Shown one piece after another: positions 40,701 to 53,815 of a stretch of 64,000 nucleotides of DNA (the first letter of the stretch is position 1; every line of letters starts with the position of its first letter). Both the position numbers and the translations under genes were made by a program. The stretch comes from Chrysomallon squamiferum (taxonomy: Eukaryota > Animalia > Mollusca). The DNA lies in contig CM022679.1 of NCBI GenBank assembly GCA_012295275.1, positions 11,532,001-11,596,000 of the forward strand. The letters run 5' to 3'. Below the pieces are notes generated by a model. The model was not told the origin of the DNA. It made no database searches and saw only the letters and a list, made by a program, of their open reading frames with translations.

Positions 40701-43700
40701 ATTAATCAATAATGTCAGCATGGGATTGTTAATTAATTGTTGAATTATTTATCCTAGGTTAGTATTAAGCCATTTCTTCATCTGAATTATTAAAGGTTAT
40801 ACAAGAAATATTTATTTATTATTCCTCAAATTCTGTTTTTTAGCTGGTGAAAGAAAAATGTGTTGCCCCATAAAATATATATATATATATTTTTTTTAAA
40901 AATACAAAATAGAAAATATATCATTCACATCTATGTTAATTTTATGCTAAACCATTGTCATTATTCTATGATGGACACATTATCTAAACCAATATTTCAT
41001 GTAAATCATTGTTACCTTTATCAGTTTTTGTTTTTTAACTTACTGTATAACAGGGATTAACATTTATTAAACTGATTTTATGACTGATTTTCTCTTTTTT
41101 TTAGTAATGTTTATTAAAAATGGCTTTTTAAAATGAAAATCAGGAGATTTCTTTCTGTTTTTTTTTTCTATGCATGAGAGAACTGTTTTATCATCAAATC
41201 ATGCATACTTCAATTAGAGGCATACCACTTATTTGAAGAATCATAAATGAAACATACATATTAATTATTGGTTTTTTCTGTCTGACAGATGATACATGAA
41301 AGTGGTGACTGGCTGGTTGGAGGAGATCTGGAAGTCCTTGAACGAATCTACTGGAACGATGGATTGGATCATTATCGACTAACTCCAAAGGAACTTCGAG
41401 CAGAGTTCAGAAAGATTAAGGTTAATTTATTTTATTATGATATCTGTAAGCTTCATTCATATTTAATATTTTGTATAAAGACAGATTAGCCTACATGATT
41501 ATCTTAATTGAATGTAAATTTGAAGCTAAACCAAAAAACCTGCATGTTATTAACCCTCCAAACCATACATTTGTATCTAAATGTAAAACAATAAAAAAAT
41601 AAAGTAATAAATAAGTAAAACTTTTGACAAATTATTCACATAAAATGTCAGTTTTATGTCATATTTTTAAAATATTCCTGACATTTGTTAAATAGTTTTA
41701 TGGTCTGTTTTAGGCTGATGCTATATTTGCATTTCAACTGAGAAATCCGATACATAATGGACATGCACTACTTATGGCAGACACAAAACGCAGACTGCTG
41801 GAGAAAGGATACCAGAAACCAGTTCTGCTTTTGCATCCTCTAGGTATGGTACATTATTAGAATTTTGGTTCACTAAAATTCTTTAAGGTATTTTATCTTT
41901 TATTCAAAACATTGACAGTTACCAAAATTAAAAAACTAGATTAAAGAATATTTATGGTTTATTATTTCACAGTGTATTGTTTGTGTTCCAGTTGGCCATC
42001 AACAAAAATAACTCCCACAGGAATTACCACTTTTGTAATGTAATATTTATTTCTGAACACAACAGCAATATAAAACAAAGTTTAATAATGTAGTCTCCAT
42101 CATTTTTATAACAGTTGTTACTGGCAAACTTTACTGGAATTGTGAGAGCATCCGATATTGGTATTGATATCCTGCATGATGTTTTCATGTTTTGTTACTG
42201 GATCTTTGAATGCAGGTGGGTGGACTAAAGATGATGATGTTCCTCTCCCAGTGAGGATAAAACAGCACCAAGCTATTCTAGAAGAAGGAATTCTTGATGC
42301 AGAGTCCACAATTCTTGCAATTTTTCCATCACCAATGATGTATGCAGGACCAACAGAGGTATAAAATAAATTAAATTATCTTCATTGCATCATTTCTATC
42401 ATCAGTCATTCAGGGATATGTGCTGGACCAATGTGGATAAAATTTGTAGTTCTTTTTCTTAGAATCATAGTTCCTAGTCTGTTGGTTAGGGATTATATTA
42501 AATTGTTTGTTCTGTTTGGAATGGTTGAATACATGGGTTGACGAACTTTTTAGACCATCAACATCTTCATGGAATTCTTGATCTCTCATTGGCCCTCAAA
42601 AATGTAAAATAAATAAATAAATATCTCTGTTTAAATAAATAATGATAATTTAAAAAATATATAAAAATAAAGATCATATTAATCACAAGTTTCATATATG
42701 ATTACTACCAAAATTGACACCCTTTTGACCTCTGGTCACTTATCGCAAGCTTGAATAATCTCAGTGACACCCATGGGTTGATATCAACCAGTTTGCCTTA
42801 ATTAAATAGAAACATTGAATTCTTAGTTCTTGTATAACTCTACCTTGTCTTTTTCCCTTTTTTTTTTTGAAGCACTCTAAAATACTATTAATAGTTTTAT
42901 ATCAAAATATTAATTTGTTATTCAGGTACAGTGGCATGCAAAAGCAAGAATGTGCACAGGGACCAACTTCTACATAGTAGGTCGTGACCCAGCAGGAATG
43001 CCTCACCCAGACACAGGCAAAGATTTATATGACCCAACACATGGAGCAAAGGTAATTGTATTGAAACTAAGCTTGTTAGATTAACTGTGAACATGTTTTC
43101 ATAACTAATTTTATTAATCTACACCTGTGATTGTTAAAAAAAATAAAATAAAATAAAAAAGTTGGAAAAGAAAAGAAATCAAAGAATTTAAGTAAAAGAA
43201 ACTAAATAAATAGCAGATTATTTAACTTTTTTATAGTTATATGAGCTGTTTTTGCTTGTTACATCAAATTAATTACAACTAAAACTGATTAAAAGAGTGA
43301 TTAATTTTTCAGCAGTCATCCACAGGTTTGCCATACTGCAGAATTAATGTTTTTTCTCTCTCTTTTTCATCTTAAAATAGAATTTTAGATTAAAATTATA
43401 TTTCTTGATATTTTGTTTAGTCAGTATATGCATATATTTGAGTCAACATGTTCATAAATTTCACAATCTTCTTACTTGGTTATATCCCTTTTACCTTCTG
43501 TTTACAAAATTTCTCTTTCAAATTTCAGGTTCTTACAATGGCTCCCGGTCTACAGCAGCTTGAAATTGTTCCCTTCAGAGTAGCAGCCTACAATATGAAA
43601 CTGAAATGCATGGCTTTCTATGACACAGAACGTCGAGAAGAATTTGATTTCATCTCAGGAACAAGAATGAGGAAGTTGGCAAAGGAAGGGCAGAATCCAC

Positions 43701-43777
43701 CTCCAGGATTCATGTCACCAAAAGCCTGGTCAATCCTGGCTTCTTTCTATCAATCCAGCTCCAGCGACAAAAACTGA
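25243..43777 (+). CDS. PAPSS: Bifunctional 3'-phosphoadenosine 5'-phosphosulfate synthase (APS kinase + ATP sulfurylase), ~641 aa with first exon A
   Basis: Core exons 37244-37594, 37841-37979, 38590-38708, 39259-39372, 39900-40011, 40460-40665, 41289-41420, 41714-41843, 42216-42358, 42926-43051 and 43529-43777 (1821 nt, all GT-AG, in phase). Motifs: [23 protein letters not shown] (P-loop), [53 protein letters not shown]. First exon 25243-25347 is inferred (phase 0). Confidence 0.95.
28873..28928. repeat. (GT)n microsatellite
   Basis: Read directly. Confidence 0.95.
32718..32753 (+). CDS. PAPSS: Candidate alternative first coding exon B of PAPSS ([12 protein letters not shown])
   Basis: tcaATGG start, phase-0 donor CAG|gtaact, compatible with acceptor 37244. 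Confidence 0.5.
33798..34790. repeat. Microsatellites (CT)n(CA)n 33798-33866 and (CT)n 34707-34790
   Basis: Read directly; they flank candidate exon C. Confidence 0.9.
34418..34456 (+). CDS. PAPSS: Candidate alternative first coding exon C of PAPSS ([13 protein letters not shown])
   Basis: aaacATGG strong Kozak, phase-0 donor GGG|gtgagt, ATTGG (CCAAT) boxes upstream at ~34169 and ~34233. Confidence 0.55.
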
Positions 43778-46700
43778 AAAGGGATTTCAACACAAAATAG
43801 TAGTACAGTCAAATAATGAAAATTAATCCCACATTTCACATTAGTATAAATTTTAGTGCTGTTTATTTCTTTTTAATAACAAGAAAACTTTAAAAGTTTA
43901 TATTATAAACCCTGTTATTTTTTAAATGTGGAAACATTACTAAGAGAAATGGGTTCAAGTATTCATATTTTCTGGACCTGGAATATTTTTTTACAGATAT
44001 TCTATAGGGAGGATTTAAAAGAATCTCACAATCCAATCCATAATAATAAACTGAATTTTAATTAATAAATTCTCTAGCAATATTTAATATTATTTAAAAA
44101 ATGCGATTGAGTTGGATTCATTACTGATAAAAAATATGAACATTTTACTATTATTCGTGTTTGTACTTCAGAAGCATTTTATTATTATTATTTTTTAATT
44201 TAGCTATAACAACCATAGACCTATTTTCAGTGATAGTTACAGTGCAATCTCTTGATATTTACAGTGCAGTATCTTGATGGAATAAGATTTATTTAATTGT
44301 TGTTAATGAAGATAAAATTCAGTGAAATGTTTGAGCATAATTTTTTTTATTTGATTGTACATTAATGGTTTTAGTAATTAAGGTGACAGGAATTTTTAAC
44401 AATTATTTAATTATTGGAAATTGTAATCAGTGGTATTTAAAAAAAATAAAAAATAATATTTAGTGTCTATTGAGTTCAGTTTCTTTAATTAAATCTGCAT
44501 TAAATATCCAAGAAATCTGCAAACATTTTATCTTATTACTGTTAAGTGCAGCTGAATGTTTTGAATTCTCAGTTAATTGATTCTTCTTGAAGTTATTTTT
44601 AAACAATATTTTTAACAAATTTGGTGGTTTATTTTGAAACATTTTAATTATCAAAAGTATTAAATATTGTTACATCTTTAAATGTGCTACTTTAACCTCT
44701 AGCAGAAAAAACTTGAAGCATTTCATATTTTAGCAAAGAGATAACTGAAATAGTGAATAATTTAATATTTTTAATGCATTTAAATTAATATATGATGCAA
44801 AGAAATTATTCAGTCTGTAAACCTTATTTATATTTTCACAGACTTCTGGGATATTAAGACTATAAGTATCATTTTTCTCTCCGTCCATTATTTTCCTATT
44901 TTGAGTTTCTGTTCTAAAGATTTTAAATCCCTTTGACAGATATAAAATATTTTTCTTATTTTCTTAGTCTTCTTTCTTTTTTTTATAAATTTGTTGAAGG
45001 TTTTGTTGCAGTACAATTTAACCTGTTTACATATTTTTTTTAAGAATACTTATTTATTAAATACAACATCAGTTAATATTTGTTTTCACTGGAAATACTC
45101 AGTTCCTTTAAGATATATATTTCAAAAGTTATAAAAAACAGCATCCCAGAACAAGTCTCCATTTGAAAAAAAGCCTTACCTAAGAATTAAAGTTTTTGGT
45201 CTCTTGAACAAATCCATATCTGTATTGTTTAACATGTTGATTATTTCATCGGTACTGGTAACAAAAATATTAGGCCTGTTTAGACAAAGTAAACCATAAT
45301 TTGAGAGAGAAATATATATATATGTATTTTTTTCTAAATAATTACACAAGACTTCAAATTTCAGGATAATTTTAAGATAATGTTTTATTATTTCTTTACC
45401 TTTTTCTGGAGAACATTATTCACAGGATTTGAGGTATATTATTATTACTGATTTAAGATAATTAATAATAAACATTAAAGCTATAAAAATGTATTAGTTT
45501 TATTTCATTGTTTTATCTTCTCTGTTTTCAGTGATAATGAAAGTGTCATGAAGTTTAAATTGTTTGGGTTTTTTTGTTATTTAAAATGTTTCCTTAATAG
45601 CTGCTGTTTTACACATACTCTTTAATTTAAAACACAAAACAGTTGTTTTATGTCACAATATGATACAGACACCTATGGCCTTTTGTAGAAACTTTTGTTT
45701 ACACATTATGGACCACTGAAAAATATTTTTTATTTTATTAAATGGTAATTTTCAGTAATTCATCTGTGGACCAATACAGCTTATCATTTTTAATGTTTCT
45801 ATTTTATATTATATTATAATTTTTTATAAATTTTTGTTTTTCTTTTATTAATTATTGATTTTGACACTTACTTATAATGCTTTGTGGGAATAAATGCCAT
45901 GCTGGTGCAATATGGCTTCTGTTGGTGTTTGGTTTTCATTCATAAACTAGATGATTTAGTACTAAATTCACTCGAATTTTTTGTTATGGGATTTTGTTTA
46001 ATTTTCTTTATTCTTTGCTAAACATTATGAGGTTGTAACAGTATAACCAACAAAATTATGGGACATTTTCTTAAGGTTATTGGTAGAAGAAATCAGCAAT
46101 GTGTAATGACATGTATCATTCATGTAAACACATGATTTGTGGGGATGTTAATAAAGCAAGGACTGGTCATCCAAGAATATTTTCTTTACAAATAAACCTA
46201 AGCTCCACATTATAAATGGTGAGATTATGAATATAATAATATTAATCACAGATAAGAGATCTCAAGCACAAAAATATGCAGCTACTTAGAATATTCTGAA
46301 TCAAACAACCAGTGATTGTTATAATATTTCTACCCATGGAGGGTGTCACTAATACATAATTTACTGTTAGCATGTCAACTATACAGGATTGTATTATAAT
46401 AAAACAAAATTTCTAGGTGCATCAAGGTCAGTAAATGTTTTATTTATATTTTAATTTAGTTCCACAACTGACAGTAAATTCATTATATTCTTAATACAAT
46501 ATTAAATTTTAACCATTAATGTTTAATGTTAGATATGTTTCATGTCTGCTTTCTGAGACAAAATATTTATTAAAGCTACTTATGTTTTGTTATTATTTTC
46601 TTGTAATATATAATTTTTAAATTTATATTTCAAAACCTAATTTTTTTTAAATTTACCTCTGAAAAATATAAATAAAAGTATTACTTAATGCTTAGATTAA

Positions 46701-49700
46701 ATGATAATTTTAAATATAACTGTTCTTTCAGTTCTATGACATCCTAAGTTGTTGGAGACAAATATGGTCAATGTAAATTCAAATTCAAATGAATTATTTC
46801 TAAAGCTAAATTAATACTAACTGAAATATAAAATATAATTTAAATATGCTGCATTAAGTGCGACTGTATTCACTTGCTAAGATAGTGTGTGCACAACAGG
46901 TTACCCTGACATTACTTTCAGATCATTATGGGTGTTTGCTTTTGGATGGAGTGAGACACTTTTTTAGAGAATGAAGAAAAGAAGATTTTTGCTCATCTGA
47001 TTATACATAGGATAAATGTATAACTATGAATAACAAAAAATGCAGTGATATACAATGTAAAGGTGGAAATATTAATAAAAATGTTTCTGTTTTGAAATAA
47101 GATGGAAATTTTCCAGGATGTATTAGAAATTGTTATAGTACCTATTCCCTTTGATCTCTGCTGCGACCTTGAAAAGAATCCTCATGTTGTTTGTATAGCA
47201 AGTGTTCTCATTTAAAATAGGTTTAATAAATATTTAAAAAGGGATAAAATGTGACACACTGGGTGAAAGAGATGTAACAGTGTTACAGTGACACTGCTTT
47301 CCATTAAGCCAAAACTTTTTAAACAAATCGTCAAAAGACATAATGAAATCTCAAACACTTTTCTATTATACTTTTTGTTTTGATTGGATTTTTTGTTTGC
47401 TTGTTTGTTTGTTCTTTTGTTTTTTTCACTGCATTTTAAAAATGAATACAATTTTTTTTTTTAAATATAATAATCAGACTGTGCATGTCACCCAAGGACA
47501 TTAGAATCAAAAATCTTTTCATATGAATTTTTCCAGACAGGAACGAATCCTCCAACCTATTATATATTTATTTATTATGGAGCATTGGCTGCAGTGGGAA
47601 AATTCATGATTAGTTTATAATTTATCAAACTACATAGGAAAGAATAATTACAGTTTAAAATAATTTGGTTCAATATTAATCAAAACCTTCACTAACACAT
47701 CCATGCATACAAATCTTTACTTGTCCTACATGTAGCCAACTATTTGCAATGCATAGATGCAGATTTATTTCTTCATCAGGGTAGTAAAGTACAACTACAA
47801 AGCAAGTAGCTTCGAGAAACAAAGATTTAATAACTCTGCATGTCAAACTGAGTTGCATAAGCCATGTACTAAAAGATAACAAAGATAAATCTTAACATGC
47901 AAGATAAAATCTCGCTTCAAACATAACAAGAAAACAAATACTGTTGCAAAATAACAGATTATCAGTACATTGTACCAAAAATATTAATTACAAATATCAT
48001 TATCAAAATTTTCTTGAACTGGAAAATCAACAGAACTAAAAGCTATAGTGAATGACTTTTTTTTTTTTAACAAAGACTTGCACATTCTGCACACAGTATT
48101 TGTGATGGCTGGAGAAAATTCAGGTCAAATTTACTATGGAATAAGTAATACAACAAAAAAAAAAAAAAAAAAAAAAAAGAAAGAAACAACAACACACCTA
48201 ACAAGCAAATTTATATATATATTAATATTTTTAATTTTAAAAATGAACATTTAGCAGCTCATCAGCATATTTTATCAAACTTAATGATTATAGGAGAGTT
48301 AAAAAGCTGCTGTTGCCACCACTTATTGAGCTAATTTTATCAATTACTGGTAATACGAATATTTTCACTGTCATTTTCTTAAGATGGGAAAGCACATACT
48401 GTTGTCTTTGTTAATCCACTCACAGAACACTAAATGGAAAAGAAGATTGCTGAGTGAATGCTTTGACAAAGGTGTACAACTGACAGTGTTTTAACCATAA
48501 AGCTAAAGAATCATAAAAGCTGACATTAAATAACCAAGCTTGTAGAAAGCAAAATAAAGCATCAAGTATAGTTCATAGGTTGAAATGGATTATTTGATGT
48601 TTAAGAGATTTGATATTGAAAATGTTGATATAGCAAGAGAAAGAGTTAGGGGAATGTTGTTTCTTGTTGTCTTGAAGAAATGATATTCTTTTAATTAAAT
48701 TTAGATTTAGAACCTAGAGATTGAATAAATATTTTAAACAGTTTAAGAATGTGAATGGACCTAAAAGCATGTTATTATTTAATTTGTGCAAAAAAATCAT
48801 TTATATAATTTATTTATTTTTCATTTCAACATATCATTTCATCAAATTCTCAGTCCAGAAGATCTTCTTTTTTTTTTTTTATTCTGACAGACCCACATAT
48901 AAAACAGATAAAACAATCACCTAAAATTTATTTGAACATTTTATTATCAATAAACAAAACTGAAATGATGCTATGTTGCATTCGTTTGAAATAATGCCAA
49001 ATGTTAGGGGTTTTTTGTTGTTTTTTTGTTCTGTCTTGTTTTTGTTTTGTTTTTATATCAGATTAATGTAGCTTAGGGTTTACTGCACAGTATTTCCATA
49101 TCAAAACATAAAAATCATTTGCTCAGTAATTTAACTTTTTAAAGTTTATTTTTGTTTGCTCTTTGTACATTTCCACTTTTTTTTGAATATTGCAATTAAT
49201 TTTCCCATATTGATTTTTTTATATTTGTTTATTATTATTATTTTTTTTTTTTTTTTTTTTTTTTCTTCATTATAACTCATGCCCAAAGACAGGACTACAG
49301 TTTTTTTATGAAAACCTTTTCACTCCACCAAATAAAAATAATTACCTTTTAGAATGAGTATTGGAAAACTAAAATTCATCCATCAAAATCATAAAATAAA
49401 TGCAGTGACAATAAATTGTTTCTATGATTTTTCTTGGGTGTGCTATTGTTTTTTTTTTTTTTGCTATTGTTTCAATCTGAAATTTTTGCTGTAACAATTG
49501 GGAGGCTTCTCAAAAAATTTCATAAAAATCATTAAACCTATGACGTTAAAGGATTATCATTCCTTTACATTTGCAAAGATGAATTACAACTGAATGCCTA
49601 GAAGCTGTTGAAAAAAAGTGTGCACACAATTCTTGCAAGGGCTGTCATGACCAGTACTCACCTAACTCTTAACCAGTGCAGAGACATTTACTACAAGTGA

Positions 49701-52379
49701 ATTCACCTAGATGTGAACCTGCATCTGTAATAATCCATAGTAGTGTTTACAACAAATGCAACAGACAGAGCTTTAAATGAGCACTGTTATTTTGACTATC
49801 TAATTATTTGGCAACTATCAACATTTTTCAACAGATAATTTAATATGCCAGTATATGCTGTTAATGTCTGTCTGAAGCTTCCTGAAAACTGGAAGGTAAA
49901 ATCTTCTTTTGAACATTTAAATATTAATAACTGCTAGATGCAAGTTTGAAATATAGACACAGGTCTTTTTTCTTCTTTTTTTAATATATTTATTGCTATT
50001 TGTTGCTTCTTTTTTCTTTTATATTTTTTATTTATTTATTTATTATTATTAATATTATTATTTTTAAAATTGCTATTTGATTTTATTTGTTTAATGTAAA
50101 TTTACAACTTGCATAAAAGCTGTAAACAAACACATTAAACTGTTTATTATACAGATGCAGTTGGTCAGCCTGACCATTTAATACTGAGATCAGAAAAATT
50201 CGCAATCATATAATCATTGTCATTTATTTATGGAAAAGAAAAATAAGAAAAAAAGAAAATAAACAATAGTGATAAGTAGAAATGTATTTTCCAGATCAGT
50301 ATCACCAAAAACTAAATAAAACAATCAAGAAATCACCATATTTTCACTTTGTTGTATATATTAATATAAAATAATAATAGTAAGAATAATAATCAAAACA
50401 ATAATAACAACAAAACTAATAAAGTACTTAAAAAATAAATACAATTTTTTTTCCTTCCAAAATTAACACCTGAAAGCAGGTATCATAATGTGATTTTCAA
50501 CTAATGAGTATAAATTATGTTTCTGTCTGCAGAATTTAAAATATTTTCTCAATATTTCATTACTAACACTGAAATTACAGCTTGGTATAGTTTATTTTCT
50601 CCAAAAGTATTTATTTCATAAACATACACTTACTGTTAAATATACCAAGGTTGCCTTGGTAATGAATTATAATTAAATTTTATTACAGTATTTTAGCAGT
50701 TTATCTAGTCAGTGATACAAGTGTTTCTCATGAACATTAGCCCACTTTACATGATAATGTCTGCAGTGTGATGATTAAACAAGGAAGATGATGATACACC
50801 ACTTCACTCAGATAGGCTATCATGATAACATAAAGGTTATGAACTGTCCCTGAAATAAAATTCTGGGTTTACAATAAAATGCAGCTATTTGCAGAGGGGA
50901 GGGATGACATGGGCAGGAATGATACAGATCAGTGATGGTGAGCAGAGAAATGAAAGATAGTTCAGCAGGTGAATTAATTGTGTAATGAACTCACTGTACA
51001 AGATATAGGCCTAACTGAAGTTTATAATTCAATTCAAAAGAGGTGTGCCAAATTATTATGGAAATGAATGAATATTTCTTAACATCATCTCAACATTTTA
51101 TTAATGTGTCAAATGTACAGGTGAAACCTGCTGCTCCTCCTGTTCTACAGGTTCCTTTTTAATTATTAGCTGTAAATAATCTTTTATATGAACCTTTTCA
51201 TAGGCAGGAAACTGCATGTTTGTGTGTATGTTTGAATGTATGCATGCATGCTTTGTGTGTGTGTGTGTGTTTTATTTTACATGTATGCATGCATCTATTT
51301 AATTTTTATGTATAAATCAAAAACCTGTCAGCTGACCTGTGGTTCTTTAGTCACACTTCAAAAATAAAATTGTGCTGTGCAGAAATGTATCTTCTGTAGC
51401 TGTTGTGCATTTCATTGCAATATTTCACAGTTGTTTATCCATTGACCTTCACCCAAATAACTACATATACAGTTTTCTCTGAAACCTACCTTGAGCACAG
51501 TGCAAGATCATCTTAACATTATTAACAAGAAAGCATTGCTGGAACAGTTTTTCTTCTGACATTAATTAATTATTCTACAAATCACTATTTATTAATTTAG
51601 ACTATAAATCAAGCAGAAGTATATTTTGTTGTTGTTGTTGTTGTACTTGAAAAATTACTTCTAATATCTACTGTTCAGGAAAATAATAAATAGCCTTTTA
51701 CATTGTTATAATGTATTAAAAAGTAACATATAAAAGTGAAACATATATAATTTAGGATAGCACGGTTATTAGTTATTAATATTTTATTATTACAGCAATA
51801 AGAAATAATAAAAAACACTGAAGATAAAACAAATTAAAATAAAAAGTTATATATTCTGTATAAAAATTATATATATTTGAAAAATACTTTTTTTGTTTAC
51901 ACTCCCCTTTACATAATATATAGTATTTTTCTATGATTTCATAACTTTTGATGTCATTTACTTTGACATCTTCAGGAAAACTTTGTCATTTATAATTTAT
52001 CCTTCAGACTGGTTGATAACGTTATTAACAAGTTCAAATCCTGTACCAGATTTCTTTTATGTGAAATTGCTTTCATTGATTTGATTAATTCACTGATACA
52101 GCATGCAAATACAAAATTGCATTCCTAAAGTTATGTAAGATAGTAGGTGCAAAGGAAAAACTAAACAAAACAAAAATAATAATCAAAAAAAATAAAACAA
52201 AAAATAAAATAATAAAAAATACATTTGTGCGCATCCAATTAATTTTGAATTAATTTATTATTAACACTGTTCATCTTTAATTATTAAATAATTAAAATAT
52301 GAAGTGAAGACTAATTTACTAATGAGTAATGTTTAAGTTAAAATGAAGTTACTAAGTTAATACAATTTTAATTTATAAC

Positions 52380-52974
52380 ACGTACAAGTTTCTCATCTTC
52401 TCACTGTTTTCACTTGTTTTGTTTACTTCGAAGGTAAAAGTATACATGCACGCGTAAATCACAAAGAGAATATGCTATTTTCAATTAACACGACGTGACA
52501 TCACGCACGAGTTTAGCTGTATGATTGTTTACAAACACGGGTCATTCGTTGACCGATTTTTGTACCTTGCATGCACCATTTGAGGTAGTGTTGCGGAATC
52601 AACCGAATACTTCCGAATATTAATTTGTGGTAAATATTTTGAAATGGAAATTTTTGGCAAAATATATTCCAAAATAATAGATGTAATTATTTCAGTTGTA
52701 TTTCTTTTTCTTTAATATGGTTAACTCATTACATGACAGCTTATATAAGTTAAAATACAAAATATAAATATATGAAAAATCATACCGGACTTTACCGACA
52801 ATTAAAGAGGCGTAACAAAAGAGAACAACTACACGGAACTTGTTTACTTGTTAGCCTTACACGTTCGAGTAAAGCAGCAAAATTGCAGATCAAATTTGCT
52901 AAACACTCGCATCTCCAAGAGGTGTCCGTTCACGAAAACCAGATGGCTGGTTTTGAAAGTTTTTTCAGAGCAAA
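52380..52974 (+). promoter_or_regulatory. eEF2K promoter and non-coding first exon (donor at 52974)
   Basis: CpG-retaining island. Donor CAAA|gtaagt at 52974 and acceptor ttttag| at 53637 upstream of ATG 53816. TTGTTTAC motifs and ACGTGAC present. Confidence 0.6.
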
Positions 52975-53815
52975 GTAAGTATATTGTCATATTTTAATTT
53001 GATCATTAAAACAATAATAATGAAATGACAGTGAATTATTTTCGTCTGTCTGCCATTTTTCAAGGACATTACTTATTTAGTTATCTTGTCATTTGGGTTT
53101 CCCCATTCACATTTTAGGAAATCTACTTGAGAAGGTTTGTTTAATTCATTTTTGTGTTTTTTAACTGCATTAATACTGGCGATTTGTTTGCCTCAGAAAA
53201 AACCGAAACATACAATTTATGGTATACTAAACTTTAGACTACTTTCTCTTAATACTTGCTATCTAAATAACGTTTATTCCTTTTTAACTCTAATACACAG
53301 TTACTTATTAGGATAGCTCAGAGTATTAATTAGTTTCAAAAATTAATTCATTGGATAAAATTTAATAATAATGAAAATAAAATTTTTAGTTTTTCATTTT
53401 GTTTAGGATTTTTCCAACTAGTGGATTTTGTTTACATCTGGTTGGTGGTTTATAAATAGTCTGGGGTATTTTACATTGGGTGTTCATTTACATGTACTAA
53501 TATATGAACATAACAGACGCAGTTTGAGAGTATCAGTTAAAATTTTGAAACTAATAGTTTTGTAAAACTGTCAAACTCTTGAATAGTAAATGGATGTTGT
53601 GTAGTTAGCAAACTGTAAATGATTTTTCTTATTTTAGAAAAATGGATATCATTATCTATCTGTCTTTGCAACACAATAAGCTGATGCTGCTTCTACTTGA
53701 TCATTGCAAACTGCAATAGTTTCAGTGGCAGCTATGAAGATGTTTGGCTTGGCTTGAGGTGCATTATTAGTAAGATTTAAGGTCAAGACTTTCTGAACGT
53801 TTATCATCAAGAAAG

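Noticed and set aside
50768-50853. C/D-box snoRNA-like arrangement (TGATGA ... CTGA)
   Set aside because: No terminal stem, no recognisable rRNA/snRNA complementarity and no plus-strand host intron.
52581-52602. let-7-like TGAGGTAGT
   Set aside because: Only the first 9 nt match and there is no complementary hairpin arm.
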